DNA of 64,000 nucleotides. Source: Nannocystis bainbridge (lineage in GTDB: Bacteria; Myxococcota_A; Polyangia; Nannocystales; Nannocystaceae). Position numbers and translations under genes: made by a program. The notes under the pieces were generated by a model. That model was not told the DNA's origin. It saw nothing but the letters and a program-made list of their open reading frames with translations, and made no database searches. The stretch lies in contig NZ_JAQNDL010000001.1 of the NCBI RefSeq assembly GCF_028368995.1, positions 160,001 to 224,000 on the forward strand, read 5' to 3'. Numbering within the stretch: the first letter of the stretch is position 1; each line of letters opens with the position of its first letter. This document shows positions 20,441 through 29,894 of the stretch, one piece after another.

Positions 20441-21931
20441 GTGCGCCCCTCGTCCGGCCAGCGCCTCGCCCTCGCCCTCGCGCTCGGCGTGTGCTGCCTC
20501 GCTCCGCCCACGTCGGCCGCGGCCCCGGTCGCTGACTCCGCACCTGCCGCCGCCCCTGCCGACCTCGCGGCCCAGATCGACCTCCTGCTGCAGGCCAAAT
20601 TCCTGGCCCGCGCGCGCGTCAGCCTGCTCGTCGTCGACATGGCCACCGGCGCTCGCCTCTACGAGAAGAACCCCGACCTCGGCCTCAACCCCGCCAGCAA
20701 CATCAAGCTCGTCACCACCGCTGCCGCGCTGTCGCTGCTGGGTCCCGAGCACCGCTACGTCACCCGCGTCTACACCAAGAAGGGCGCGCTCAAGGGTCAC
20801 ACCGTCGACGGCGACCTCTACCTCAAGGGCGGCGGCGACCCCTCGCTCGTCACCGCCGACCTCTATCAATTGGCCAGCGACTTGCGCGCGCTCGGCATCA
20901 CCAAGGTCACCGGCGGCCTCGTGCTGGACAGCACCGCCTACGATCGCGACGAGCTGCCGCCGCTCTTCGATCAAAAGGACGAGCTGGCCTCCTTCCGCGC
21001 CCCCGGCGGCGCCACGGCCGTCAACTTCGGCACCTACGTGGTCCTCGCGCGCCCCGGCGCCGGCGAGGGCGACCCCGCGATCGTGGCCATCGATCCGCCG
21101 GTCCCCTCGCTCAAGCTCAAGGCCAACACCGCCACCACCGCCACCGGCGCGCGCAACCAGCTCAAGCTCGCCATCGGCACCACCGACGCCGGCGTGGTCG
21201 AGATCGCCGTCGACGGCACGATCGGCAAGGACGCCGCCCCCGCCGAGTACCGCTACCCGGTCGCGCGCCCGTCCGAGTACGCCGGCGAGGTGTTCCGCCT
21301 GGTCCTCAAGCAGCGCGGCGTCGGCCTCGGGCGCAGCGCGGTCAAGCTCGAAGCTGTCCCCGAGGACAGCGAGCGCCTGGCCCTCGTCCGCAGCGAGCCG
21401 CTCAGCGTGCTCGTCCGCAGCGTCAACAAGCTGTCCAACAACTACGTCGCCGAGCACATCCTCAAGAGCCTGGACGACCACAGCCCGGCCAGCTTCGCCG
21501 GCGGCCTCGCGCGCGTCCGCACCTGGCTCGCCGGCCTCGGCGTCGGCGTCGACGGCTTCGTCTACAACAACGGCTCCGGCCTCTACGACGCCAACCGGAT
21601 CAGCGCCGCCCAGCTCGTGCAGCTGCTCGTCGCCGTCCACCGCGACTTCCGCTACGGCGCCGACTTCCTCGCCTCGCTGCCGATCGCCGGCGTCGACGGC
21701 ACCCTGCGTTCGCGCATGCAGGAGGGCCGCGCCGCCCGGTTCGTGCGCGCCAAGACCGGCTCGCTCGACGGCGTCTCCACCCTCTCCGGCTACGCCGGCG
21801 CCGTCGGACGCCCGCCGCTCGCCTTCGCCATCCTCTTCAACGACCTCGACGTGTTCGCCGCCCCGCAGGCGCGCGATCTCCAGAACCAGATCGCCGAGCT
21901 GCTCGCCGGCGCCGTCGCGGCCCGGCCCTGA
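20441..21931 (+). CDS. dacB: D-Ala-D-Ala carboxypeptidase/endopeptidase PBP4 (S13)
   Basis: PASNIK (SxxK), SNN, GSGL, GVDGTL, KTG. Confidence 0.95.
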   Translation: MRPSSGQRLALALALGVCCLAPPTSAAAPVADSAPAAAPADLAAQIDLLLQAKFLARARVSLLVVDMATGARLYEKNPDLGLNPASNIKLVTTAAALSLLGPEHRYVTRVYTKKGALKGHTVDGDLYLKGGGDPSLVTADLYQLASDLRALGITKVTGGLVLDSTAYDRDELPPLFDQKDELASFRAPGGATAVNFGTYVVLARPGAGEGDPAIVAIDPPVPSLKLKANTATTATGARNQLKLAIGTTDAGVVEIAVDGTIGKDAAPAEYRYPVARPSEYAGEVFRLVLKQRGVGLGRSAVKLEAVPEDSERLALVRSEPLSVLVRSVNKLSNNYVAEHILKSLDDHSPASFAGGLARVRTWLAGLGVGVDGFVYNNGSGLYDANRISAAQLVQLLVAVHRDFRYGADFLASLPIAGVDGTLRSRMQEGRAARFVRAKTGSLDGVSTLSGYAGAVGRPPLAFAILFNDLDVFAAPQARDLQNQIAELLAGAVAARP

Positions 21932-21970
21932 CCTCTATCGGCCCGTTGAGCCCGGTGCTAGCCTGCGGCG

Positions 21971-23017
21971 ATGAAGCACGTCGCCCTCGTCCTCGGAGCG
22001 CTCCTGGCCGGCGCCCCGCTCACCGCCCGCGCCACCGTGTTCGAGGACGGGAACAGCGCCGCCGCGCCGCAGGGCGACGCGCCCCCGCCCGGCTGGGACG
22101 CGCTCAGCCCGGCCCAGCAGGACAAGCTGGCCCAGATCGACGAGGCCGGGATCCAGGCGCTCGCCGGCAAGATCGACCGCGGCGAGCCGCTGAGCGCCGA
22201 CGACCAGCTGGTCGCCGAGGCGCTGGCGATCCTCATGACCGCCGAGTTCGACGGCAAGCTGACCTATCAGACAGGTGACATCAAGGTCGGCGACGGCCTC
22301 GCCACCCTCCGCCTCGGCCAGGACTACCGCTTCCTCGGGCCCGCCGACGCCCGCCTCGTCATCGAGGAGGCCTGGCACAACCCGCCCGGCGAGCAGCCGC
22401 TCGGCATGATCGTGCCGGCCAAGCTGAGCCCGGCCGACCCGCGCGGCTGGGGCGTCGTCGTCTCCTACGTCGAGGAGGGCCACGTCGACGACGCCGACGC
22501 CGCCAGCATCGACTACGACGAGCTGCTGGCGCAGATGAAAGAAGCGACCGCCAAGGAGAACGAGTCGCGCAAGGCCATGGGCTTCCCCTCGATGCACCTG
22601 GTCGGCTGGGCCGAGCCGCCGCGCTACGACCAGGCCCGCCACAGCCTCTACTGGGCCAAGGAGCTCGGCGGCGACGAGGGCGGCGAGAACTCGCTCAACT
22701 ACGCCGTGCGCGTGCTCGGCCGCAAGGGCGTGCTCGAGCTCAACGCCGTGTCGGGCATGACCCAGCTGCCCGAGATCCGGCCCGAGATGGAGAAGATCTA
22801 CGGCCTGGTCGACTTCGACGACGGCAACCGCTACAGCGACTTCAACCCCGACATCGACACCGTCGCCGCCTACGGCATCGGCGGCCTCATCGCCGGCAAG
22901 CTGGCCGTCAAGGCCGGCCTGTTCGCCCTCCTCGCCAAGGGCGGCAAGTTCATCGTCCTGGCGATCGTCGGCCTGTTCGCCGGCGTGCGCGCCTGGTTCG
23001 CGCGCAAGAAGCAGTAG
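21971..23017 (+). CDS. DUF2167 family membrane-anchored protein
   Basis: GWAEPPRYD...LYWAKE, NYAVRVLGRKG, GNRYSDF...D.VAAYGIGGLIAG. Confidence 0.88.
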   Translation: MKHVALVLGALLAGAPLTARATVFEDGNSAAAPQGDAPPPGWDALSPAQQDKLAQIDEAGIQALAGKIDRGEPLSADDQLVAEALAILMTAEFDGKLTYQTGDIKVGDGLATLRLGQDYRFLGPADARLVIEEAWHNPPGEQPLGMIVPAKLSPADPRGWGVVVSYVEEGHVDDADAASIDYDELLAQMKEATAKENESRKAMGFPSMHLVGWAEPPRYDQARHSLYWAKELGGDEGGENSLNYAVRVLGRKGVLELNAVSGMTQLPEIRPEMEKIYGLVDFDDGNRYSDFNPDIDTVAAYGIGGLIAGKLAVKAGLFALLAKGGKFIVLAIVGLFAGVRAWFARKKQ

Positions 23018-23024
23018 CCCCGCG

Positions 23025-23085
23025 GGACAGGTCCTCCAGGGCATGCCCTCGGGGACATGCCCTCCGGACCAGGTCCTCCAGGACA
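23025..23085. repeat. Tandem array of the 14-bp palindrome (4 units)
   Basis: ggaca|ggtcc-tcca-gggca|tgccc-tcgg-ggaca|tgccc-tccg-gacca|ggtcc-tcca-ggaca. Confidence 0.88.
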
Positions 23086-23124
23086 GCCACCGCCGCGCTC
23101 GCATCCCTCCGCTCAAGGCGTGCC

Positions 23125-23694
23125 ATGCCCCGCATCGTCATCGAGGATCGCGTCACCCGCTGGAAGGTCTCCTGCTTCGCGGCGGACCACGGGCTCGTCT
23201 TCTACGACAAGGTCCCCGAGAGCGACGCCAACCCCGAGGAGGTCATCTGGGCCAGCCGCGACGGCGCCACCCGGCTGCACCGGCTCGAGGATCGCTTCGC
23301 CGGGCTCGCCTACCTCATCCTCGACGGCGAGGAGGAGGCGAGCCTGACCACCCGGGCGATCGACGAGCTCGACGGTCTCTCGCTCGCCACCTTGCTCATC
23401 GCGCTGGCCGCCGATCCGGACGCAGCGCGGGCCTTCCCGGTGATCGCCGCGCTCGGGGTGCTCGCCCCGCCGGCGTTCGAACCGCATGTGTTCGCCGTGT
23501 TCTCCCGCTTGCTGGCGGACGCCGATCCGTCGCTCCGCGGCAAGGCGCTCGCGGCCGCGGCCTACCCCGCCTGGCCGGAGTTCGTGCCGCTGATGACCGC
23601 GATGGCGAGCGACGACCCGGACCCCGACGTGCGCGAGCGGGCCGCCGTCGCGGTGGCCGCGTTTCGCCGCCACCTCGCGGGCGAAGAGTCCTGA
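23125..23694 (+). CDS. HEAT-repeat protein
   Basis: LLADADPSLRGKAL and ASDDPDPDVRERA repeats. Confidence 0.7.
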   Translation: MPRIVIEDRVTRWKVSCFAADHGLVFYDKVPESDANPEEVIWASRDGATRLHRLEDRFAGLAYLILDGEEEASLTTRAIDELDGLSLATLLIALAADPDAARAFPVIAALGVLAPPAFEPHVFAVFSRLLADADPSLRGKALAAAAYPAWPEFVPLMTAMASDDPDPDVRERAAVAVAAFRRHLAGEES

Positions 23695-23737
23695 CCCGGC
23701 GGGTCTCGCAGAGCCACACGCCCGCAGATCGGCGGGA

Positions 23738-23861
23738 GGTCCCAGGGGACATGTCCTCTCGGACATACTCTGCTCGGCCTGGATTACCTCGGAGAGCCTG
23801 ACTCTCGCGCCCCGGAGCTCGACTGTCAGGACATGCTCGCTCAGACATGTCCTCAAGGCCA
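23738..23861. repeat. Two short arrays of the 14-bp palindrome
   Basis: ggtcc-cagg-ggaca|tgtcc-tctc-ggaca ... ggaca|tgctc-gctc-agaca|tgtcc-tcaa-ggcca. Confidence 0.8.
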
Positions 23862-24264
23862 GCCTCGTCAGCCGGGCGGCGGGCGGCCCCCCCGCCGGCT
23901 TCGGCGCCTGACTCTGGGGACAGGATCCGCCGCTGCCCGCGGGCGCGCATCACTGCGCAGCTCGTCCGCCGCCGGGGGATCGGCCCGGGCCCGCGGGCTT
24001 GCGGGCGCCGCGGCGACGGACCTTCGCTCACGAGCGCCGTGATCGCCGTGCGCACCGTCCTGCGCAGCCAGGCGCGTCGCCGGCGGAGCACGCCGCGAGA
24101 TCGATGTTCCATCGCCGCTGCGCCGCGCGGCTCGAGTGACGCACTGCGCATTCGATTGCACACCGCCCGCGTCGCGCTGCACGGCGTGCTCGGCAGCGCT
24201 GCGTCAGAATTTGTCGCCCCCGATCGGGGCGCGTATCGTCATCCCTCGGCACTTCGAGGTCGCA

Positions 24265-25326
24265 ATGGACGTCGGCATCATCACCAACCCCAACTCGAAG
24301 AAGAACTATCGCCGGCCGCAGCGTCGGCGCGCCCTCGAGCAGGCCGTCGGACGCTACGGCGCGGTCGTCGAGACCCGCCGGCTCGACGAGCTGCCGAAGG
24401 CGATTCGTAACCTGCGTGAGGCCGGCTGCCGCTACTTCGTGTGCGACGGCGGCGACGGCACCCTCCACTGGGTCCTCAACACGCTGCACGCCGACGCCCG
24501 CCAACACGGCGCGGCCCGCCTCCCGATCGTCGTCCCGACCAACGGCGGCACCGTCGACTTCGTCGCCCGCAAGGCCGGCCTCAAGGGCGACGCCGACTCG
24601 ATCGTGCGCCGCCTCGTCGGCCGGCTCGAGCGCGGCGAGACGATCCCGACCGTCACCATCGACACCTGCAAGATCGTCGGCAGGCCGATCGGACAGGACC
24701 TTTCGGACAGCTCGTCCGCCCCCGCGTTCGAGCGCATCGGCCTGGCCGCGGCCCTCGGCGGCGTCGCCCAGGCGTTCTTCGACCGCTTCTACGCCCTGCC
24801 CAAGGAGCGCGGCGCGCTCGCCATCGCCGGGGTCATCGGCGCCGCCGCCGGCGGAGCCCTCGTCAGCGCCCTCGCCAGCAACCTGGCCCCGCCGCTGCAG
24901 CGCTTCATCCCCGACGAGATGCGCAGCAACGCCAGCGAGTTCTTCCGGCCCACGCGCGCCCGCGTCGAGGTCGACGGCCGCGAGCTCCCGTTCGCCAGCT
25001 TCGCCTCCATGCAGGTCGGCGCGATCGACATCAACCTGGCCGGCGTCGTCCGCTGCTTCCGCCACGCCCGCGAGGGCGGCGTGCTCCACTTCCAGGCCCT
25101 CGACACCACCCCGATCGGCGTCGTCGCCAACGTCCCCAACATCGTGCTCGGGACCCCGATCCTCGGCCGCAAGGTCTACGACGACCGGGCCCGCCGCGTG
25201 CGCATCACCGCCGAGGACGGCGAGGTCCTGAATCCCGTCATCGACGGCGAGCAGTTCCACGGCCTCGGCCACGTCGAGCTCACCCTCGGCCCCCGCGTCG
25301 AGCTGCCGACCTTCGCCTCCAACTGA
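24265..25326 (+). CDS. Diacylglycerol/lipid kinase family protein
   Basis: IITNPNS, DGGDGT, PTNGGTVD, IDGE motifs. Confidence 0.85.
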   Translation: MDVGIITNPNSKKNYRRPQRRRALEQAVGRYGAVVETRRLDELPKAIRNLREAGCRYFVCDGGDGTLHWVLNTLHADARQHGAARLPIVVPTNGGTVDFVARKAGLKGDADSIVRRLVGRLERGETIPTVTIDTCKIVGRPIGQDLSDSSSAPAFERIGLAAALGGVAQAFFDRFYALPKERGALAIAGVIGAAAGGALVSALASNLAPPLQRFIPDEMRSNASEFFRPTRARVEVDGRELPFASFASMQVGAIDINLAGVVRCFRHAREGGVLHFQALDTTPIGVVANVPNIVLGTPILGRKVYDDRARRVRITAEDGEVLNPVIDGEQFHGLGHVELTLGPRVELPTFASN

Positions 25327-25480
25327 TCGCGCGCCCCCGCGAAGCCCGGCCGCCTCCGCGCCGCCGGGCTTCGTCGCGACCGGACCGCGCCGGCCGACGC
25401 GAACAACCTGCCCCTCGGGACAGCCCTCGCGGGCGCGCGCTCAGCCGCCGCAGCCGCCATGCGCGCCCTCCCACGAGGTT

Positions 25481-25497
25481 TTACCGACCTCTTACCG
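25481..25497 (+). promoter_or_regulatory. Putative OmpR-type direct-repeat operator TTACCG-N5-TTACCG
   Basis: 11-bp-period direct repeat ~33 bp upstream of an OmpR-family regulator. Confidence 0.4.
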
Positions 25498-25529
25498 TCG
25501 CCGCCGCGATCTGTGCCACGATCGTCGGC

Positions 25530-26225
25530 GTGACCGAGCCTGCCCCGCGGATCTTGATCGTCGAGGACGAGCCGGCGATCCGTCACGGCCTGGTCGAGCT
25601 GTTCCGCTCGCAGGGCTACACCCTCGAGGTCGCCGAGGACGGCCACGCCGCGCTCGCGCGCCTCGCCTGCGCCGAGTTCGACCTCGTCCTCCTCGACATC
25701 ATGCTGCCCGGCGTCGACGGCCTCGGCGTGCTGCGGCAGACCCGGGCCCGCGGCGACCTCGTGCCCGTCCTCGTCCTCACCGCCCGCGGGTCCGAGGCCG
25801 ACATCGTCGCCGGGCTCGACGCCGGCGCCGACGACTACGTCACCAAGCCGTTCGGCATCCGCGAGCTGCTCGCGCGCGCCCGCGGCCTGCTCCGCCGCGC
25901 CCGCCCGGCCCCCGCCAGCAGCTCGTTCCGCGTCGGCGACGCCCTCGTCGACCTCGCCCGCCTCGCCATCACCTGGCCCGAAGGACAGCTCGAACTCACC
26001 GCCCGCGAGGGCCTGATCCTCGACTTCCTGCGCGCCCGACCCGGCGTCGGCGTCACCCGCGAAGAGCTGCTCACCCAGGTGTGGGGCTACCACGACGGCA
26101 CAGTGCGCACCCGCACCGTCGACGTCCACATCCTCCAGCTGCGCGGCAAGCTGCGCCAGATCGCCGGCGGCGACGACTGGATCGGCACCGTCCGCGGCCG
26201 CGGCTACCGCTGGGACGCGCGATGA
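25530..26225 (+). CDS. OmpR/PhoB-family response regulator
   Basis: IVEDE, LLDIMLPGVDG, LTAR, GADDYVTKPF, TRTVDVHI..LR.K, TVRGRGYR. Confidence 0.95.
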   Translation: MTEPAPRILIVEDEPAIRHGLVELFRSQGYTLEVAEDGHAALARLACAEFDLVLLDIMLPGVDGLGVLRQTRARGDLVPVLVLTARGSEADIVAGLDAGADDYVTKPFGIRELLARARGLLRRARPAPASSSFRVGDALVDLARLAITWPEGQLELTAREGLILDFLRARPGVGVTREELLTQVWGYHDGTVRTRTVDVHILQLRGKLRQIAGGDDWIGTVRGRGYRWDAR

Positions 26226-28123
26226 GCCCCGCCCGCCGCCGCATGCTCGCGCTCGGCCTCGGCGTCGCCGCGCCGACCCTCGCCCTCGCCCTCGGCTGGC
26301 TGTTCGCCGGCCTGCGCGAGCGGGCCATGCTCGCCGAGCAGCGCGCGGACGAGCTGGTCCAGGCCGCCGAGCTGTTGCGGGCCGCCGCGCGCGAGAGCCT
26401 CGAGGAGCTGCGCCGCCGCGAGGACGCGCGCCCGTTCGAGCACTACGGCCGGTTCTACCGCCCGCCCGAGGTGCTCGCGCTCGGCGAGGCCGTCGCCCTC
26501 TCGCCGCTCGCCGGCCAGCCCGACGACCCGCGGATCTCCGCCTACTTCCAGCTCGATCCCGACGGCCGCGTGCGCACCCCCTACGCGCTCGAGCCGGGCG
26601 GCTCGCCGCGCGCCGTCGAGGTCGAGGCGATCGTCGCCGCCGCCTCGTTCGCCCCTCTGCGCGCCCTCAGCTTCGGCAAGGCCGACGCCGGCGATCAGTC
26701 GCTCACCTACGCCCTCAACGACCTCGGCAACGCCGCCTACCGCGACCTCGCCGACGCCCGTCGCGGCGACGCTCTGGCCGCCGAGCGGGCCCAAAAGGTC
26801 CGCCTGCCGCAGACCAGCCGCAACCTCGTCACCTGGGACACCATCCAGAGCCAGCAGGCCGCCAACGCCTCGCCGCCGCAGCAGGCCAGCGCCGAGCCGG
26901 TGTTCGACGCGCTCCTGCAGCAGCGCGCGCCCAACAGCGACGGAAATATCCCTTCGGACAGGTCCTCGGGGACATTGCCCAAAAAACATGTCCAGGAGGA
27001 CATTCCCCAAGAGGCAGGTCCGAGCCTCGACTACTCGCCGATGGCCTGGCTGCGGCTCGGCGACAGCGTGGTCCTGCAGCGCGTCGTCAGCCACGCCGGC
27101 GCCGGCTCGGTCCAGGGCGCGGTGCTCGACCGCGAAGTCCTGGCCGGCCCCTGGCTCACCGCGCTGGTCGCCCGCCACGCCCTGCCCGAGGCCACTCCGA
27201 CCCTCGCCGCCACCTCCGCCACCGCCGCCTGCGCCCTCGCGCGGCCGGTCCACGACGAGGTCCTGCCCGACCTCTCCTTCTGCTTCCCCGCCCCCGCGCT
27301 CCCCCCCGGCGGCTCGCTCGCGCTGCAGCTCGGCGTCCTGCTCGGCCTCGGCAGCGTCGTCGCGGCGGCGATCGCCGCCATCGCCCGCGCCGCCCGGCGC
27401 TCGGACGAGCTGTCGGCGCAGAAGACCGCCTTCGTGTCGGCCGTCTCGCACGAGCTGCGGACCCCGCTGACCACCCTGCGCATGCACGCCGAGATGCTGC
27501 AGGAGGGCCTCGTCGCGCCCGAGCGGCTGCCCGTCTTCTACGACGACCTCGCCCACGAGAGCGTGCGACTGAGCCGCCTGGTCGAGAACGTGCTCGCCGT
27601 CGCCCAGCTCGAGGAGGGCCGGCGCGTCCTGCAGCTGCGGCCGGGCGATCTCGCCGCGCAGATCCGCGACATCGTCGACGACCAGGCGCGCCACGTCGAG
27701 CGGCGCGGCTTCCCCCCGGTCGAGCTCGCTCTCCCCGACGAGCCCGTGCCCGTGCAAAACGACCCGCAAGCCGTCGAGCAGATCCTCGTCAACCTCCTCG
27801 ACAACGCCCTCAAGTACGCCGCCGACGCGCGCGCGGCCGGCCTGCGCGTGGCCCTCGCGGTCGAGGGCGAAGCGGCCGTCCTGCGCGTCCAGGACCGCGG
27901 CCCCGGCATCCCCGAGGCCGACCGCGACCGCGTGTTCGACCGCTTCTTCCGCGTCGCCCGCGAGCGCGACGCCCACACCCCGGGCACCGGCCTCGGCCTC
28001 GCCCTCGTGCGCGAGCTGGCCCGTGGGCACGGCGGCGAGGCGGTGGCTCTTGCGCGCCCCGGCGGCGGCGCCGAGCTCCAGGTCCGCTTCCCGCTCGCCC
28101 CCGCCCCCGCCTCCGCGACCTGA
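26222..28123 (+). CDS. Membrane sensor histidine kinase
   Basis: Two TM helices; SHELRTPLT, NLLDNALKY, DRGPGI, FDRFFR, GTGLGL. Confidence 0.95.
   Translation: MSPARRRMLALGLGVAAPTLALALGWLFAGLRERAMLAEQRADELVQAAELLRAAARESLEELRRREDARPFEHYGRFYRPPEVLALGEAVALSPLAGQPDDPRISAYFQLDPDGRVRTPYALEPGGSPRAVEVEAIVAAASFAPLRALSFGKADAGDQSLTYALNDLGNAAYRDLADARRGDALAAERAQKVRLPQTSRNLVTWDTIQSQQAANASPPQQASAEPVFDALLQQRAPNSDGNIPSDRSSGTLPKKHVQEDIPQEAGPSLDYSPMAWLRLGDSVVLQRVVSHAGAGSVQGAVLDREVLAGPWLTALVARHALPEATPTLAATSATAACALARPVHDEVLPDLSFCFPAPALPPGGSLALQLGVLLGLGSVVAAAIAAIARAARRSDELSAQKTAFVSAVSHELRTPLTTLRMHAEMLQEGLVAPERLPVFYDDLAHESVRLSRLVENVLAVAQLEEGRRVLQLRPGDLAAQIRDIVDDQARHVERRGFPPVELALPDEPVPVQNDPQAVEQILVNLLDNALKYAADARAAGLRVALAVEGEAAVLRVQDRGPGIPEADRDRVFDRFFRVARERDAHTPGTGLGLALVRELARGHGGEAVALARPGGGAELQVRFPLAPAPASAT
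26947..27021. repeat. In-frame array of the 14-bp palindrome (5 units) inside the histidine kinase
   Basis: tatcc-cttc-ggaca|ggtcc-tcgg-ggaca|ttgcc-caaa-aaaca|tgtcc-agga-ggaca|ttccc-caag-aggca|ggtcc. Confidence 0.75.
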
Positions 28124-28322
28124 TCGACGCGTCGTGACCTGCAGCGGCAGCGCGGCATCTCGCCACACCGCGGCCGCCCGGCGCCCGCGCGCAGCCGGCC
28201 GGCCTCCAGCGATCTCGCGGACTTGCGCCCGCTCCCCCGGTCCCGGGCGGAAGTATGCGTCTTGCTGAGGCCAGGACCCGGGGGCAGACTAAAGCTCGCT
28301 CGCCCCCATTGAGGAGCTCAGC

Positions 28323-29039
28323 ATGATTCGCCGCGCCGCCCCGCTCGCCGCCGCCCTCGTCGTCACGCTCGCCTGTCCCGAGGTGTTCGCCAGTCCTTGG
28401 GGACATGTCCCTGCGAACCTGTCCCTTCGTTCCAGCGTCCAGCAGCCCACCGAGACGACCGTCGTCGTCGAGACCGGCCCTGCCCCCGCCGCTCCGGCGC
28501 CCGTCGCCGCGCCCCAGCCCTACGCCGACCCGTCGGCCGCCGCCCCGCCGGTCGCCGAGGGCCCGCAGCCCTACGCCGACCCCGGCAGCACGCCCACGAT
28601 GGGCTACGCCCCGCCGCCGCCGACGCCCCGCAAGCGCCGCAAGGGCCTGATGATCGGCGGCTGGGTCATGTTCGGCTCGTCGTACCTGGCGACCGCCTTC
28701 GTCGCCGCCATCGTCCACGACACCTGCAACCTGACCCGCAACCCCAACTGCAAGAACGCCGCGGCCTTCACCCTGATCCCCGCGATCGGCCCGTTCCTGG
28801 CCATCCCGTACATCGAGACCGACGCGATCACGCCCAAGGTCCTGATGGCCTTCCCGGCGCTGATCCAGATCGCCGGCCTCACCATGGGCATCATCGGCAC
28901 CGTGCAGTTCGTCCGCGACGGCCGCGAGCCGCGCTACGTCGGCGTCGACGGCCTCAAGCTCGGCAACAAGCTGCGCCTCGGCGTCGCCCCCACCCGCTTC
29001 CTCGACGGCGGCACCCTCACCCTCGGCGCCCGCTTCTGA
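28323..29039 (+). CDS. Hypothetical exported/membrane protein (Pro-rich linker plus 3 hydrophobic segments)
   Basis: Signal peptide; GLMIGGWVMFGSSYL; C-terminal GGTLTLGARF. Confidence 0.75.
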   Translation: MIRRAAPLAAALVVTLACPEVFASPWGHVPANLSLRSSVQQPTETTVVVETGPAPAAPAPVAAPQPYADPSAAAPPVAEGPQPYADPGSTPTMGYAPPPPTPRKRRKGLMIGGWVMFGSSYLATAFVAAIVHDTCNLTRNPNCKNAAAFTLIPAIGPFLAIPYIETDAITPKVLMAFPALIQIAGLTMGIIGTVQFVRDGREPRYVGVDGLKLGNKLRLGVAPTRFLDGGTLTLGARF

Positions 29040-29124
29040 TCGCCTCGCTCGCCTCGCGTCTCGACCACGCCTCGCGGCCCCACCCGTCACGCCTCCGGTC
29101 ACCTGAACTCAAGGACCTGTCCTC

Positions 29125-29874
29125 ATGTTCACGTCTCGTCTCGCCGCCCTCACCGCCGCCGTCAGCCTCGTCGGGATCCCGCTGGTCCCGAACACCGCCG
29201 TCGCCAGCCCTTACATCGTCCAGCTGCACGCCGACGGCGAAGTCCCGGCGGGTTACGCCCCCGCCGGCACGCACGAGGTGATCGTCGAGGCCGTCCCGGT
29301 GCCCGAGGCGCCGCCGGCCCCGCCCACCCCGGTGGTGGCCGAGGCGGTGATCGTCACCACCCCCGAGGTCCAGCCCTACGTCGATCCGACGCTGGTCGGC
29401 CCGACCACCACCACCGTGATCGTCGCTCCGCCGCCGGCCGCCCCGGTCGCGCCGCGCCGCCCGCCGCCGCCGCCCAAGCGCGGCCTCGGCCTGATGATCG
29501 CCGGCTTCTCGATGTTCGGCACCACCTACCTGCTCACCGCCTGGGCCGGCGCCATGAGCCACGACGGCCACGGCGGCTGCAACCGCACCAAGTACGAGTG
29601 CCGCGAGTCCGGCAAGGCGCTGATGGTCCCGTTCATCGGCCCGATGCTGGCCGCCCAGAACAGCGACAGCGCGCGCGAGACCTTCGGCCTGTTCCTCGTG
29701 TCCGGCATCCAGATCGCCACCTTCGCCATGGGCCTCGTCGGCGCCGTCCGCTACTCCCGCTTCAAGCGGTGGGAGCGCGGCCTCGCCGGCATCCCGCTCG
29801 GCAATTCGGGCCTCGCGGTCCAGCCGATGCCCCGCTTCGACGGCGGCGGCCTCGGCCTCAACTACCGCTTCTGA
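29125..29874 (+). CDS. Paralog of the preceding protein
   Basis: GLMIAGFSMFGTTYL, PFIGP, C-terminal DGGGLGLNYRF align with 28323..29039. Confidence 0.75.
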   Translation: MFTSRLAALTAAVSLVGIPLVPNTAVASPYIVQLHADGEVPAGYAPAGTHEVIVEAVPVPEAPPAPPTPVVAEAVIVTTPEVQPYVDPTLVGPTTTTVIVAPPPAAPVAPRRPPPPPKRGLGLMIAGFSMFGTTYLLTAWAGAMSHDGHGGCNRTKYECRESGKALMVPFIGPMLAAQNSDSARETFGLFLVSGIQIATFAMGLVGAVRYSRFKRWERGLAGIPLGNSGLAVQPMPRFDGGGLGLNYRF

Positions 29875-29894
29875 GCGCGGACCCCCGCGCCCTC

